64,000 bases of DNA from an uncultured delta proteobacterium (GCA_963775425.1 CAVZJB010000005.1:256001-320000), one strand, 5' to 3'; positions 1 to 10,121 are shown, numbered from the stretch's first letter. Notes: generated from the sequence alone by a model not told the origin. Program-made: numbers and translations.

Positions 1-643
1 TGCGGCGGTCCACGATCTCGCCGAGGCACTGCTCCGGCGACATGTAGGCGACCTTGCCTTTGATGATGCCGGTGCGCGTCTTGGTCTGCTGCGTCGACGC
101 CTTGGCGACGCCGAAGTCCGTGACCTTCACGTCGCCCTGGCGCGACACCAGGATGTTCTGCGGCGAGATGTCTCTGTGGACGAGGTTCAGCGGCGAGCCT
201 GTGGCCGGGTCGCTCTGCTCGTGGGCGTAGTGCAGCCCGTCGGCGGCGCGGGCGACGACGTAGGCGCACAGCTCGATGGGCAGCGGCTTTCGCTTGCGCA
301 GGGACTGCGCGAACAGCGAGCCGAGGTGCGGCCCGTCGACGAATTCCATGGCGATGAAGTAGCTCTGGTCGACCTCGCCGAGGTTGAACACGCTGACGAT
401 GTTCGGGTGGTTGAGGTTGGCGGCGAGCCGCGCTTCGTCGAGGAACATCTGGACGAAGTCGGGCCGCACGGCGAGCTGCGGCAGCATGCGTTTGACGACG
501 ACGGTGCGGGTGAAGCCGCCGAACGAGTCCTGCTTCGCCAGATAGATCTCGGCCATGCCGCCAGTGGCGATCAGCCGGATCAGCTCGAACTCGCCGTAGC
601 GCTCTCCCAGGCCCGCCCTCCTCGGTGGAGACCAACGACTCAC
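1..643 (-). CDS. Hanks-type Ser/Thr protein kinase (N-terminal part; runs off window)
   Basis: Manual minus-strand translation from GTG at 643 gives IATGGMAEIYLA, VVVKRM, FLDEARLAANLNHPNIV, VHRDISPQNILV, VKVTDFGVAK and KGKVAYMSPEQ. Confidence 0.95.
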   Translation of the reverse strand, partial: MSRWSPPRRAGLGERYGEFELIRLIATGGMAEIYLAKQDSFGGFTRTVVVKRMLPQLAVRPDFVQMFLDEARLAANLNHPNIVSVFNLGEVDQSYFIAMEFVDGPHLGSLFAQSLRKRKPLPIELCAYVVARAADGLHYAHEQSDPATGSPLNLVHRDISPQNILVSRQGDVKVTDFGVAKASTQQTKTRTGIIKGKVAYMSPEQCLGEIVDRR

Positions 644-744
644 ACTAGCGCATGCCCCGACGCTGCCGAAAGCTTCGCACCGGTGCCCCGATCTCGACGT
701 GGACCCGACAGTGGGGTACCACCGGGGGGCAGGTAGGTGATCAC

Positions 745-1401
745 GTGCGTCTCTCGCCCCCGGCCGCGGTGTGTGCTTGCGCCGCCCTCGTCTTTTCGCT
801 GGCGCGATGCTCGGGCTGCTCCCAGGAGTGCGCGGGTGACAACGCCGGCAGCGCGGGCTGCTCTTGCGGGTCCGACCAGGACTGCACCACGCGCCTCGGA
901 AAAGTGCTCCTGTGCGTCGACGGCACGTGCGCGCAGGGCGATCCCGAGGACGCGCCCGGCGACGCCTGCGCCGCCGACGCCGACTGCGGCGGCGGCGAGG
1001 CGTGCGGCATCGACGGCATCTGTCTGCCCGCGCCCTCCTGCCAGCGCATCGACGTCGCGCTGCAGGCGCACAAAAACGGCGGCGCGCTCGGCGCCGACGT
1101 CACCGCCGCGCGGGACGACTGCGCGCACGATTGGCAGGCCGAGGTGTCCGGCGAGTCGTTCCACGTCACGTTCACCCTCGATCTCTCCGGCGACATGAAG
1201 GACTTCAGCGACCCGGGCGGCGGCGGCTGCACCGCCGGACACTGGTCCGCCGGCGATCGCGTCGGTGAGATCCTCTGCGGCGTGAACGTCTTCGCCGTCG
1301 GCCCCGCCGACGTCGTGCCGTGCTTCCTTGCCACCGGCGCGTGCGACGTGGGCACCTGCCGCGCCGTCGCCGGCGACACGGAAGTCGGGGTGTGCCGATG
1401 A
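745..1401 (+). CDS. Cys-rich exported/lipoprotein, hypothetical
   Basis: Hydrophobic N-terminus followed by Cys; CxxDxDC motifs; stop overlaps next ATG (ATGA 1398-1401). Start uncertain (GTG 745 vs ATG 652). Confidence 0.7.
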   Translation: MRLSPPAAVCACAALVFSLARCSGCSQECAGDNAGSAGCSCGSDQDCTTRLGKVLLCVDGTCAQGDPEDAPGDACAADADCGGGEACGIDGICLPAPSCQRIDVALQAHKNGGALGADVTAARDDCAHDWQAEVSGESFHVTFTLDLSGDMKDFSDPGGGGCTAGHWSAGDRVGEILCGVNVFAVGPADVVPCFLATGACDVGTCRAVAGDTEVGVCR

Positions 1402-2258
1402 GCGCCGCCGGCGCCGCGCTGGCGATCGCCGTCGCCCTGCAGGTGACGGCGCCGCCCTCGAAACCTGCGGGGGTGCCCACGGCGCTCGAGAAGTGCCGCG
1501 CGCTCGACAAGGAGTTCGACACCAAGAACATGCCCAAGCCCTGCCAGGCCGCCGCCGACGACGCCACGCTCGGCATCCCCGAGCGCGTCGAGGCGCTGCG
1601 CCGGCTCGCCTTCGCGCACATCCTGAACGGCGACGAGTCGCTCGCGGAGCCGGCGTTCTTGAAGATGCTCGTGTTCTCACCGGCGGCCGAGCTCCCCGCG
1701 GACGCGGGGCCGCGCTTTCGCGAGATCTTCGCCGCGGTGAAGAAGCGCTTCGACACCGAGGGCGCGCTCACGGTCACGTTCACGCCGCCGCCCGCGCCGC
1801 AGGACGCGGCGCCGGTCGAGCTGCAGATCGACGTCGGCGACAAGCTCGGTCGCGTGGTGGGCGCCAAGGTCAAAAGCACCGTCGAAGGCGAGGCTGCGCC
1901 GCGCGAGGACGCCCTCGTGCGCAACGAGCTGACGCCGGGACAGTTGCGCTTCACGGGCGCCGTGCCCGAGCCCCATGAGCCCGGCGCGCGGCACGTGACC
2001 TACGACGTCGAGCTCGACGGCTGGGACGGAGCCCCCATCGCGGTGCCCACGCCGGTGCACGGCGAGTTCGATCGCACCGGCGGCGTCGTCGCCGGCGCCG
2101 ACGGCGGCTTTCCGTGGGTGTGGGTCGGCGCCGGCAGCGCCGCCGGCGTCGCCGTCATCGGCGGCGTCACCGGCGGGATCATCTGGTGCTACACCGCCGG
2201 CCCGTGCCGCACGCAGGACGCGTGGGTGCGGGTGCAGATCCATCAGGGGGAGCCGTGA
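1398..2258 (+). CDS. Exported protein with TPR-like N-domain and C-terminal membrane anchor
   Basis: Signal peptide MSAAGAALAIAVAL; helical TPR-like segment; C-terminal PWVWVGAG...IIW transmembrane helix; coupled to genes on both sides. Confidence 0.75.
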   Translation: MSAAGAALAIAVALQVTAPPSKPAGVPTALEKCRALDKEFDTKNMPKPCQAAADDATLGIPERVEALRRLAFAHILNGDESLAEPAFLKMLVFSPAAELPADAGPRFREIFAAVKKRFDTEGALTVTFTPPPAPQDAAPVELQIDVGDKLGRVVGAKVKSTVEGEAAPREDALVRNELTPGQLRFTGAVPEPHEPGARHVTYDVELDGWDGAPIAVPTPVHGEFDRTGGVVAGADGGFPWVWVGAGSAAGVAVIGGVTGGIIWCYTAGPCRTQDAWVRVQIHQGEP

Positions 2259-2713
2259 CGCGCGCGCCCCTCGCCACCGTCGTCGTCGCGCTCGCCGCCT
2301 CCGCCGGCGGCTGCGCCGGCGCCGCGCTCGATGCCGGTCCGGTGTCGCTCGCCAGCAAGGACCAGGCGCTCCTCGACAACGCGTCCGCGCTCATCTTCTC
2401 GTTCTCCACCGCGCACACGTGCGCGGACCTCGTCGACCTGCCGCCGTCGGCCATCGGGGAGCTGCTCGCGCCCGAGGGCGCGCCGCTGCAGATCCTCGAC
2501 GCCAACGCGGCGGATCACGTGTTCGGCAAGGTGCCGCCGGACGTCCCCATCGCGTACTTCGTCCTCGCGTCGTCGCAGGCCACGGACAACCAGCGCGTCG
2601 CGTTCGACCAGTTCACCGGAACCGTGTTCGCCGTCGGCTGCCGCGACTTCTCCGCGCCGTCGGGGACGCGGCACGACCTGCCGCTCACGCTGTTCCCGGT
2701 CGGGCTGCGCTGA
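2255..2713 (+). CDS. Lipoprotein, hypothetical
   Basis: GTGA overlap at 2255; lipobox-like LAASAGGC; TGATG overlap with next gene. Confidence 0.7.
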   Translation: MTRAPLATVVVALAASAGGCAGAALDAGPVSLASKDQALLDNASALIFSFSTAHTCADLVDLPPSAIGELLAPEGAPLQILDANAADHVFGKVPPDVPIAYFVLASSQATDNQRVAFDQFTGTVFAVGCRDFSAPSGTRHDLPLTLFPVGLR

Positions 2714-5532
2714 TGCGCGCCGGCGCGTGCACCGCCGTTCGCGTCCTCGCGAGCGCCGCGCTCGCGCTCGTCACCGCCGCCGGCGCGCGCGCGCAGATCG
2801 AGCAGCAGCCCCGACCCGACGACGCGCAGAAGCCGCCGGCGCCGCCGCCGCCGCCCACGCTCGAAAACCCGCCGGCCATCGTCGACAACCCGGGCGCCGT
2901 GTACCCGGAGGTCGCGCGAGAGGCGGGGCGCGCGGGTGACGTGGTCTTGCGCATCACCATCGACGAAGACGGGCAGGTGGAGCGCGTCGACGTCATGCAG
3001 AGCGCCGGTGACGACGAGCCGGGGCGCGCCCTCGACTGGTCGGCGATGGGCGCCGCCACCAACTTCACCTTCGCGCCCGCCACGTTCTGCTTCACCGACG
3101 TCGCCGCCGACGGCACCCAGTCGCAGCGTTGCGGCGTGCCCGGCAAGGTGGCCATCGACTACAAGACCACGTTCGCCCTCGAGGAGAAGAAGGTGGAGGT
3201 GCCGGTGGAGCCGCCGCCTTCGCCGGGCAAGGAGGTGGTGAATTACGTCGGCGTCGTGCGCGAGGCGGGGAGCAAGGACCCGCTCGAGGGCGCCGCCGTC
3301 GAGATCGAGCTCGCCGACGGCGTGTTCAAGAGCGCCACCACCGACGGCGAGGGCCGCTTCGAGCTCGCCGGCATCCCTCCCGGCGAGTGGCGCGTGAGCT
3401 TTACCCTCTCGAGCTACGAGCCGTCGTTCGTCGACGAGACCTTCAAAGAGAAAGAGCGCACCGAGACCGTGGTGTACCTCGTGCCCACGGACACCTCGAA
3501 GAACGAGACGGTGGTGCGGCGCCGGCGCGCGCAGAAGGACGTCGCCAGGATCGCGCTCACGCGCGACGAGGTGAAGAAGGTCCCCGGCACCTTCGGCGAT
3601 CCGCTGCGCGTCATCGAGAACCTCCCGGGGCTCGCGCGGGCGCCCTTCATCGGCGGCGCCCTCATCGTGCGCGGCGCCAACCCCGAGGACAGCGGCGTCT
3701 ACTTCGACGGCGTCGAGATCCCCATCCTCTACCACTTCGGTGGGCTCAAGAGCGTCATCAACGCGGAGTTCCTCGAGGACATCAACTTCTATCCGGGCGG
3801 CTTCGGCGCCTACTACGGCCGCGCCACCGCCGGCATCGTCGACGTGTCGTCGCGCAAGCTCAAGCTCCACAACTTCCGCGGCTCCGCCGACGTCAACATC
3901 ATGGACGCCGACTTCTTCTTCGCCGGCCCCGTAAAGGTGGGCGAGCTGCCCAAGGTGACGTTCGCCGTGGCCGCGCGCCGCAGCTACATCGACGGCCTCC
4001 TGCCCGTCGTGCTCGACGCCGTCATCGGGCCGTCGGGCCAGGGCATCATCGCGGCGCCCATCTACTGGGACTACCAGGCCAAGGTGGAGACGGACCCGCT
4101 CCCGGGTCAACACTTCTCGTTGTTCCTGTTCGGATCCGACGACGACCTCAAGGTCATCTCCACCGGCCTCGGCAGCCAGAACGTCAACGTCGGTTTCCAC
4201 ACCACGTTCCATCGCCTGGTGGGCGACTGGGAGTGGAAGCTCTCGCCGAACCTGCTGCACCGCTTCTCGCCGTTCGCCGGCCTCACGCGCGTTGAATTCA
4301 ACTCGGGCGCCAGCGGCGGCAGCGGCCCCAACGTCAGCGCCGCCTTCGGCATCGACACGTGGAACTGGGGCCTGCGCGACGAGCTGCAGCTCACGGTCAA
4401 CGACTCCGTCGTCCTGCGCGCGGGCCTCGACTACCTCGGCCAGACCTTCGGCGTGAGCTTCGACGTGCCGCTGCCGGTGGAGATCGGATCCTTCCCGCGC
4501 GAGTTCGCGCGCATCGAGGGCGTCAACCAGAGCTTCGAGAGCAACGGCTTCAACAACGCATCCGCGCTCTATGCCGAGGCGGAGCTGACGCCGTGGAAGG
4601 GCCTGAAGATCGTGCCCGGGGTCCGCGCGGAGACCACCATCTTCACGTTCCTGCCCAACAAGCTGCCCGACGGCACCACGTCCGACCCCGCCGACGCGCA
4701 GCTCTTTCACATCGATCCGCGGCTCACCGCGCGCTGGACGCTCTTGCCGTGGACGACGCTCAAGGGCGCGTTCGGCGTCTACCGGCAGCCGCCGGCGGGC
4801 CAGGACGTCAACCCGTCGACGGGCAACCCCGATATCCAGGAGCCGCGGGCCGTGCAGCTCATCGGTGGCGTCGAGCAGGGGCTCACCCGCGACATCCACC
4901 TCGACATGCAGCTCTACTACACCAACCGCGATCTGCTGGTGCAGAACACGAGCCAGACCAAGAACCGCAACGACGGCTCGGGCGAGGTGGACCCGCTGTT
5001 CGTCAACAACGGTGGCCGCGGCCGCACCATCGGCGCCGAGCTGCTCTTGCGCCACGAGATCACGGAGCACTTCTACGGGTGGATCGCGTACACGCTGTCG
5101 CGCACGGACGCGGACCTGAGCGAGAACCGCAACCGCTTCTTCCTCACGAGCAACGACCAGACGCACATCCTCACCATCGTCGCGCAGACCAACCTCCCCT
5201 ACGGCTTCACCCTCGGCGCCCGCTACCGCATCGTGAGCGGCGACCCGACCAACGAGCCGCTCGGCAGCGTCCACGACGTCGACACGACCAACTACCTCGA
5301 GCTCGGGACCACCTCGCGCTCCACGCGCCTGCCCACGTTCCACCAGCTCGACGTGCGCGTGGACAAGAAGCTCGTCTTCGATACCTTTTCGCTCAACGCG
5401 TACATGGACCTGCTCAACGTCTACAACCAGGCCAACGCCGAGGGGTTCCAGACGGACTATCGGTCGCGCGAGCAACAGCCGATCCCGTCTTTGCCCATCA
5501 TCCCGGTGCTCGGCATGTCGGGGGAGTTCTGA
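2713..5532 (+). CDS. TonB-dependent outer-membrane receptor with N-terminal TonB C-terminal domain and carboxypeptidase-regulatory-like domain
   Basis: YPEVAREAGRAGDVVLRITIDEDGQV (TonB_C); plug VPGTFGDPLRVIENLPG...LIVRG; barrel end RLPTFHQLDVRVDK...NVYN...GMSGEF with terminal Phe. Confidence 0.92.
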   Translation: MRAGACTAVRVLASAALALVTAAGARAQIEQQPRPDDAQKPPAPPPPPTLENPPAIVDNPGAVYPEVAREAGRAGDVVLRITIDEDGQVERVDVMQSAGDDEPGRALDWSAMGAATNFTFAPATFCFTDVAADGTQSQRCGVPGKVAIDYKTTFALEEKKVEVPVEPPPSPGKEVVNYVGVVREAGSKDPLEGAAVEIELADGVFKSATTDGEGRFELAGIPPGEWRVSFTLSSYEPSFVDETFKEKERTETVVYLVPTDTSKNETVVRRRRAQKDVARIALTRDEVKKVPGTFGDPLRVIENLPGLARAPFIGGALIVRGANPEDSGVYFDGVEIPILYHFGGLKSVINAEFLEDINFYPGGFGAYYGRATAGIVDVSSRKLKLHNFRGSADVNIMDADFFFAGPVKVGELPKVTFAVAARRSYIDGLLPVVLDAVIGPSGQGIIAAPIYWDYQAKVETDPLPGQHFSLFLFGSDDDLKVISTGLGSQNVNVGFHTTFHRLVGDWEWKLSPNLLHRFSPFAGLTRVEFNSGASGGSGPNVSAAFGIDTWNWGLRDELQLTVNDSVVLRAGLDYLGQTFGVSFDVPLPVEIGSFPREFARIEGVNQSFESNGFNNASALYAEAELTPWKGLKIVPGVRAETTIFTFLPNKLPDGTTSDPADAQLFHIDPRLTARWTLLPWTTLKGAFGVYRQPPAGQDVNPSTGNPDIQEPRAVQLIGGVEQGLTRDIHLDMQLYYTNRDLLVQNTSQTKNRNDGSGEVDPLFVNNGGRGRTIGAELLLRHEITEHFYGWIAYTLSRTDADLSENRNRFFLTSNDQTHILTIVAQTNLPYGFTLGARYRIVSGDPTNEPLGSVHDVDTTNYLELGTTSRSTRLPTFHQLDVRVDKKLVFDTFSLNAYMDLLNVYNQANAEGFQTDYRSREQQPIPSLPIIPVLGMSGEF

Positions 5533-6734
5533 TGCGCGCTGTGGTTCGCCTCGCGCTCGCCGCGGCCGCCGCCGGCGTCGGGGTCGTCGTCGCCGCGGGG
5601 TGCACGAACTTCCCGCGCGAGGATCGCATCGAGGACATGCGCGTCCTCGCCATCAAGACCGAGCCCGCGGAGATCCTGTACTCGCCGCTGTTCCTCACGC
5701 CCGCGGCGCAGCGGCCGCCGGGCTTTCCCCTGCCGAGCATCGACGTCAACGTCGAGGTGTTCGCCTTCGATCCGCGCGGCGGCCACGTGAAGACCACCAC
5801 GCAGTTGTGCCCCGCCGGCGCCGGCGACAGCACGTGCCGCCTCTACGACCCCACCGCGGACCTCGCGGCGGAGCCGGCGGCGGCGCGCCCGGACATCGAG
5901 GCGCTCTTGACGCAGCAGACGGTGGAGGGCGACATCGCGTCCGACGCCACCCCCGTCGGCCGCGTCCAGCCGAGCACGTTCACGATGCACTTCTCGCCGG
6001 CCGTCATGGACTTCTTCATCCCCGACGCCAGCGACGGGACGCCTACGCCGTCCATCTTCCCGCTCCTGCCGCGCTTCGTGGTGCAGGAGGACAACACCGA
6101 CGCCGACCCGGCCACCGTCGTGAGCGAGCGCGCGTTCAAGCGCATCCCGATCTCGCTCGATCTGACGAGCGCCGACCTGCCGCCCGACGTCGTCGCCAAC
6201 CTCGCGCGTGGGCTCGGCATCGAGCTGTGCGCCGCGCCCATCCCGGACAGCGAGTTTGACAAGCAGGGGCGCGCCTCGTGCCTCGAGCGCCGCGTGCCCA
6301 ACAACAACCCCGGGTTGGTCGGCTTCCGCCTCGAGCCCGATCCGGCGAACCTGACGCCCGACACCGCCACCGACGATGTCGTGCAGCCCGACGTCGGCGT
6401 CGGCTCGGTGCTCGGCGTCAAGCCCGGCGACACCATCGCGCTGACGCCCGTGTTCACGGCGGACAGCGTGGAGCGCTACCAGGTGGTGAGCTTCGACGTC
6501 GAGACGTCCAAGATCATCCTGCTCAACCGCGTCGAGGACCTCGCGTGCAACTGGTACACGACGCGCGGGAACACGCAGGGCTCGCTCACGGCGCTGCAGT
6601 TCGGGGCCACGCTCGGCAACGTCTGGACGCTCCCGGCGGACGCCCAGCCCGGAGAGCGCGACAGCATCGTGATGGTGGTGCTCGACCAGCGCGGCGGGAC
6701 GGCCGTCGGCGAGATCACCGTCGAGTACCAGTGA
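5532..6734 (+). CDS. Lipoprotein partner of the TonB-dependent receptor
   Basis: Lipobox VAAGC; N-terminal RVLAIKTEPAE and C-terminal VVLDQRGG motifs typical of myxobacterial TBDR-adjacent lipoproteins. Confidence 0.8.
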   Translation: MRAVVRLALAAAAAGVGVVVAAGCTNFPREDRIEDMRVLAIKTEPAEILYSPLFLTPAAQRPPGFPLPSIDVNVEVFAFDPRGGHVKTTTQLCPAGAGDSTCRLYDPTADLAAEPAAARPDIEALLTQQTVEGDIASDATPVGRVQPSTFTMHFSPAVMDFFIPDASDGTPTPSIFPLLPRFVVQEDNTDADPATVVSERAFKRIPISLDLTSADLPPDVVANLARGLGIELCAAPIPDSEFDKQGRASCLERRVPNNNPGLVGFRLEPDPANLTPDTATDDVVQPDVGVGSVLGVKPGDTIALTPVFTADSVERYQVVSFDVETSKIILLNRVEDLACNWYTTRGNTQGSLTALQFGATLGNVWTLPADAQPGERDSIVMVVLDQRGGTAVGEITVEYQ

Positions 6735-7468
6735 GCGCGCGCGAGCGCATCGACGTGCTCCTCGTCGAGCGTGGGCTGTGCGAGAGCCGCGCCCGCGCGC
6801 AGGCGCGCATCATGGCCGGCGACGTCGTCGTGGACGACAAGCGCGTGGACAAGGCCGGTGAGAAGGTGCTGCGCGACGCCGAGATCCGCCTGAAGGGCGA
6901 GGCCATGCCGTGGGTGTCGCGCGGGGGGCTGAAGCTCGACGCCGCGCTCGGCTGGTTCGACGTCGACGTCGACGGCGCCGTCTGCGTCGACGTCGGCGCG
7001 TCCACCGGCGGCTTCACCGACGTGCTGCTCGCTCGCGGCGCCAAGCGCGTGTACGCCGTCGACGTCGGCTACGGCCAGCTCGCCCACAAGCTGCGCACGG
7101 ACTCGCGCGTCGTGGTGCTCGAGCGCACGCACATCGCCAAGCTGCCGGCCGGCGCCCTCGTCGACGCGCCGGGCTTCGCCTGCGTCGACGTCAGCTTCAT
7201 CTCGCTCACCCAGGTGCTGCCCGTGCTCTTGCCGCACCTGTCGGAGCTTGCGCGGGTGGTGGTGCTCATCAAGCCGCAGTTCGAGGTGGGCCGGGGAAAC
7301 GTGGGCAAGGGCGGCATCGTGCGCGACGAGGCCGCGCGGCAGGCGGCCGTGGAGCGGGTGCTCGCGTGCGCCGCGACGCTCGGGCTGCGGCTCGTCGGCG
7401 TGCGCGAGAGCCCGGTCAAGGGCGCCGACGGCAACGTCGAGGTCGTCGCGGCGTTCGCGCGCGGGTGA
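6731..7468 (+). CDS. tlyA: TlyA family rRNA 2'-O-methyltransferase
   Basis: S4 domain ERIDVLLVERGL..SRARAQ; VSRGGLKL; DVGASTGGFTD; DVSFISL; LIKPQFE; GADGNVE. Confidence 0.95.
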   Translation: MSARERIDVLLVERGLCESRARAQARIMAGDVVVDDKRVDKAGEKVLRDAEIRLKGEAMPWVSRGGLKLDAALGWFDVDVDGAVCVDVGASTGGFTDVLLARGAKRVYAVDVGYGQLAHKLRTDSRVVVLERTHIAKLPAGALVDAPGFACVDVSFISLTQVLPVLLPHLSELARVVVLIKPQFEVGRGNVGKGGIVRDEAARQAAVERVLACAATLGLRLVGVRESPVKGADGNVEVVAAFARG

Positions 7469-7480
7469 TAGGAAGGGGCC

Positions 7481-8842
7481 GTGCGCGCGCTCATCGTCGA
7501 CACCGGCCGCAAGATCACCCCGTTCGACGAGCCGCCGCACCTCGCGTTCTACGCGGGGCGCACCGTCGGCGACGACCTGCGCGACTCGCTCGCGCGCCGC
7601 GGGATCGACGTCGTCGACGGCACCGCCGCGCACGACGCGCACGACGCGGCACCGGCCGGCGCTGGGGGCGGGCGCGGGGGCCCGGTGCTGGTGCTCGCCG
7701 ACCACACCTTCGTCTCCGACAAGTGCCTCGGCGACTTCCTCGACCGCGCCCTCGACGTGGTCGGCGGCGGCCGGGCCGCCCGCCTCGCGCTCGCGCGCAC
7801 GCCGTCCGTGGACTTCCTGCGGCCCGTCTCGAGCGCCGCCGTGGAGTCGTTCGACGACAGCGGCCCGGGCGCGCGGCCGCAAAAGGGCTGGAAGGTCGAG
7901 CTCGAGGCCAAGGAGCGCGTCGCCTACGACTGCTTCCTCGTCGCCGCCTTGCCGGCGGAGCGCGGGCCGGCGCTCCTCGAGGAGCTGCGCAAGAGCGCGG
8001 TGCGCGTGGTGGTCCCCAAGCGCGAGCTCGGCATCCCCATCCGCATGCCCACGCTGGGCGACTCGCGCGAGACGTCGTCGCTCGTGCCCATCACGTCGAC
8101 GGTGGCGGCGCACGTCGAGCACTGGGTGCACATCCTGTGGCTCAACCAGATGGCGTTCGGGATCCGTTGGATGGAGATCGCGCGCCGGGAGAAGCTCTGG
8201 ATGGCGTGGCGCGCGCTGTGCGCGTTTCCGTGGACGCCGTTTTCGCGCTTCTTCCGCTCGCTGGTGAAGAAGGGCAAGGGTGTGCGCATCCACCCGACGG
8301 CCCTCGTCGAGGCCTCCATCCTCGGCGACGGCGTCGTCATCGGCGCGCGCGCCAGCGTCAGGAACAGCGTCCTCGGGGCCGGCGTCGAGGTCGGCGACCA
8401 CGCCACGGTCCTCAGCTCCACCCTCGGCGACCGCACCTTCGTCACTCCGCGCACCTTCGTGGTGTGGGCGGCGGCGTACGCGGACGCCGTGCTCACCAAC
8501 TACAAGCTGCAGGTCTCGCTCATCGGCCGCGGGGCCTCGCTGTCGACGTGGGCCGGGCTCATCGACGCCAAGCTTCAGGGCGAGGTGGCCGTGAAGCACG
8601 ACGGCGCGCTTGTCTCCACCGAGCGCAGCTTCATCGGGAGCTGCATCGGCCACGGCGCCTTCGTCGGCGCCAAGGTGCTCATCATGCCCGGCCGCGAGAT
8701 CCCGAACGGCACCGTGATCGCCATGCGCCCCGACGAGCTCATCGTCGAGGTGCCACGGGAGCTGCCGGCGGGCGTTCCGCTGGTGCGCGACGGCGGCACG
8801 TTGGTCCCCCTCGACCGCCTGCTCCCTCCGTCCGGCGGTTGA
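7481..8842 (+). CDS. Degenerate nucleotidyltransferase-like N-domain plus left-handed beta-helix (hexapeptide) protein
   Basis: Hexapeptide repeats IHPTALVEASILGDGVVIGARASVRNSVLGAGVEVG and IGHGAFVGAKVLIMPG; RBS-like GGAAGGGG before GTG. Confidence 0.75.
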   Translation: MRALIVDTGRKITPFDEPPHLAFYAGRTVGDDLRDSLARRGIDVVDGTAAHDAHDAAPAGAGGGRGGPVLVLADHTFVSDKCLGDFLDRALDVVGGGRAARLALARTPSVDFLRPVSSAAVESFDDSGPGARPQKGWKVELEAKERVAYDCFLVAALPAERGPALLEELRKSAVRVVVPKRELGIPIRMPTLGDSRETSSLVPITSTVAAHVEHWVHILWLNQMAFGIRWMEIARREKLWMAWRALCAFPWTPFSRFFRSLVKKGKGVRIHPTALVEASILGDGVVIGARASVRNSVLGAGVEVGDHATVLSSTLGDRTFVTPRTFVVWAAAYADAVLTNYKLQVSLIGRGASLSTWAGLIDAKLQGEVAVKHDGALVSTERSFIGSCIGHGAFVGAKVLIMPGREIPNGTVIAMRPDELIVEVPRELPAGVPLVRDGGTLVPLDRLLPPSGG

Positions 8843-8907
8843 TCAGCGCGGCCGCTCCCTCCGGTCGCTGATCAAGCTGATCAGCGCGGCCGCTCCCTCC
8901 GGTCGCT
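8839..8907 (+). repeat. Tandem pair of REP-like palindromic hairpin units
   Basis: TTGATCAGCGCGGCCGCTCCCTCCGGTCGCTGATCAA (8839-8875), then a second copy at 8878-8907, between convergent genes. Confidence 0.85.
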
Positions 8908-8909
8908 CT

Positions 8910-10019
8910 TCAATTCGCCTCGACGAAGCGGAAGCGGTCGCCCGCCCAGTGCGGGTGCATGCGCATCTTGTCGTCGTCGGCGAGGACGCGGGCGGTGCGC
9001 CGGAGCGGGTCGAGGAGCAGCAGGCGGTCCTGCGCACCGCAGGCGGCGCGCTCGATGCGCTCGACCACGAGGATGCGGTCGTCGTGCGCGGCGAAGCGGA
9101 CCCTCTTCACGCGCGCGCCCGGCGGCAGCGGCGCGCCCGCGAAGTCCGTGCCCGGCTCCGCCGTCATCACGCGCTGCAGGGAGCCGTCGACGACCTCGAC
9201 GAGGGCGCCGGGGGGCGCGAGGTCGAGGCCGATGATCCGGTCGCCGAAGCGGCGCAGGTAGACCTGGGGCGACATTTCGAGGGGCGGCCGCCCGGGGACG
9301 AGCAGGCTGTGGCGGGTGCATTCGACGACGAAGATGCCGGCGCCGAGATCCACGGCGTGGCCGCGGGCGGGCACGTCGACGCCGAGGGGCCGCCGGCTCC
9401 CGTCGAGGCCGATGCGCATCGTGGGCCGCGCTCCGGGCGGGGACAGCCAGGCGGTGACGGCGCCCTCGACGGTGAACAGGGCGCGCGCGTCGGGCGCCGG
9501 CGGCGCCGGCGGAAGCAGCGACACCAGGTGGTGCGGCCCGACCTCGACGACGACGCCGTCGCCGGCGACGTGCAGGTCCGCGGTCTCCCCCGGGCGCAGC
9601 CGCAGGGCCGGGGCGCGCGCCGTGCGGCCGTCGGAGAACACGAGCTCCACCTCGTCGCCGCGGTCGACGGCCAGCAGGCCGTCCGCGACGCTGATGCCGC
9701 CCATCGAGGGCGTGGCGTACAGGGACGAGCGCGGGACGACGGGGACGTCGACGGCGCGGTCGCCGACGACGGCGTGGAGCATCTCCCCTTCGTGGAAAGC
9801 GAACACCCCGCGGGCGCCGGCGAGGCAGTTGGCGGTGGCGCAGCGGGGCCCGGGCTGGAGCGTCCCGTCGGCGGCGACCGAGACGACCCGCGGCTCGCCC
9901 GGCCTGCGCGAAAAGAAACGGCAATCGACCTCGGCCGCGCGCCCCTGCGCCGGCGCTTCCTTGCATGCGGCCGCCGCGAGCACGCAGGCCGCGACGAGAG
10001 CGGCCTTGACCAATCGCAT
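8910..10019 (-). CDS. Lipoprotein, hypothetical (beta-rich, possibly propeller)
   Basis: MRLVKAALVAACVLAAAAC lipobox; strong GC3 bias in this frame. Confidence 0.75.
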   Translation of the reverse strand: MRLVKAALVAACVLAAAACKEAPAQGRAAEVDCRFFSRRPGEPRVVSVAADGTLQPGPRCATANCLAGARGVFAFHEGEMLHAVVGDRAVDVPVVPRSSLYATPSMGGISVADGLLAVDRGDEVELVFSDGRTARAPALRLRPGETADLHVAGDGVVVEVGPHHLVSLLPPAPPAPDARALFTVEGAVTAWLSPPGARPTMRIGLDGSRRPLGVDVPARGHAVDLGAGIFVVECTRHSLLVPGRPPLEMSPQVYLRRFGDRIIGLDLAPPGALVEVVDGSLQRVMTAEPGTDFAGAPLPPGARVKRVRFAAHDDRILVVERIERAACGAQDRLLLLDPLRRTARVLADDDKMRMHPHWAGDRFRFVEAN

Positions 10020-10044
10020 CGAGCGAGGCTACATCGACGCTCCC

Positions 10045-10121
10045 CGGGGTGTAGCTCAGCTTGGTAGAGCGCTTGGTTCGGGACCAAGAGGTCGTAGGTT
10101 CAAATCCTGTCACCCCGACCA
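10045..10121 (+). tRNA. tRNA-Pro (anticodon CGG)
   Basis: CGGGGTG...CACCCCG acceptor stem; D arm GTAGCTCAGCTTGGTAGAGC; anticodon arm CTTGG-TTCGGGA-CCAAG; GGTTCAAATCC T arm; encoded CCA. Confidence 0.98.
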
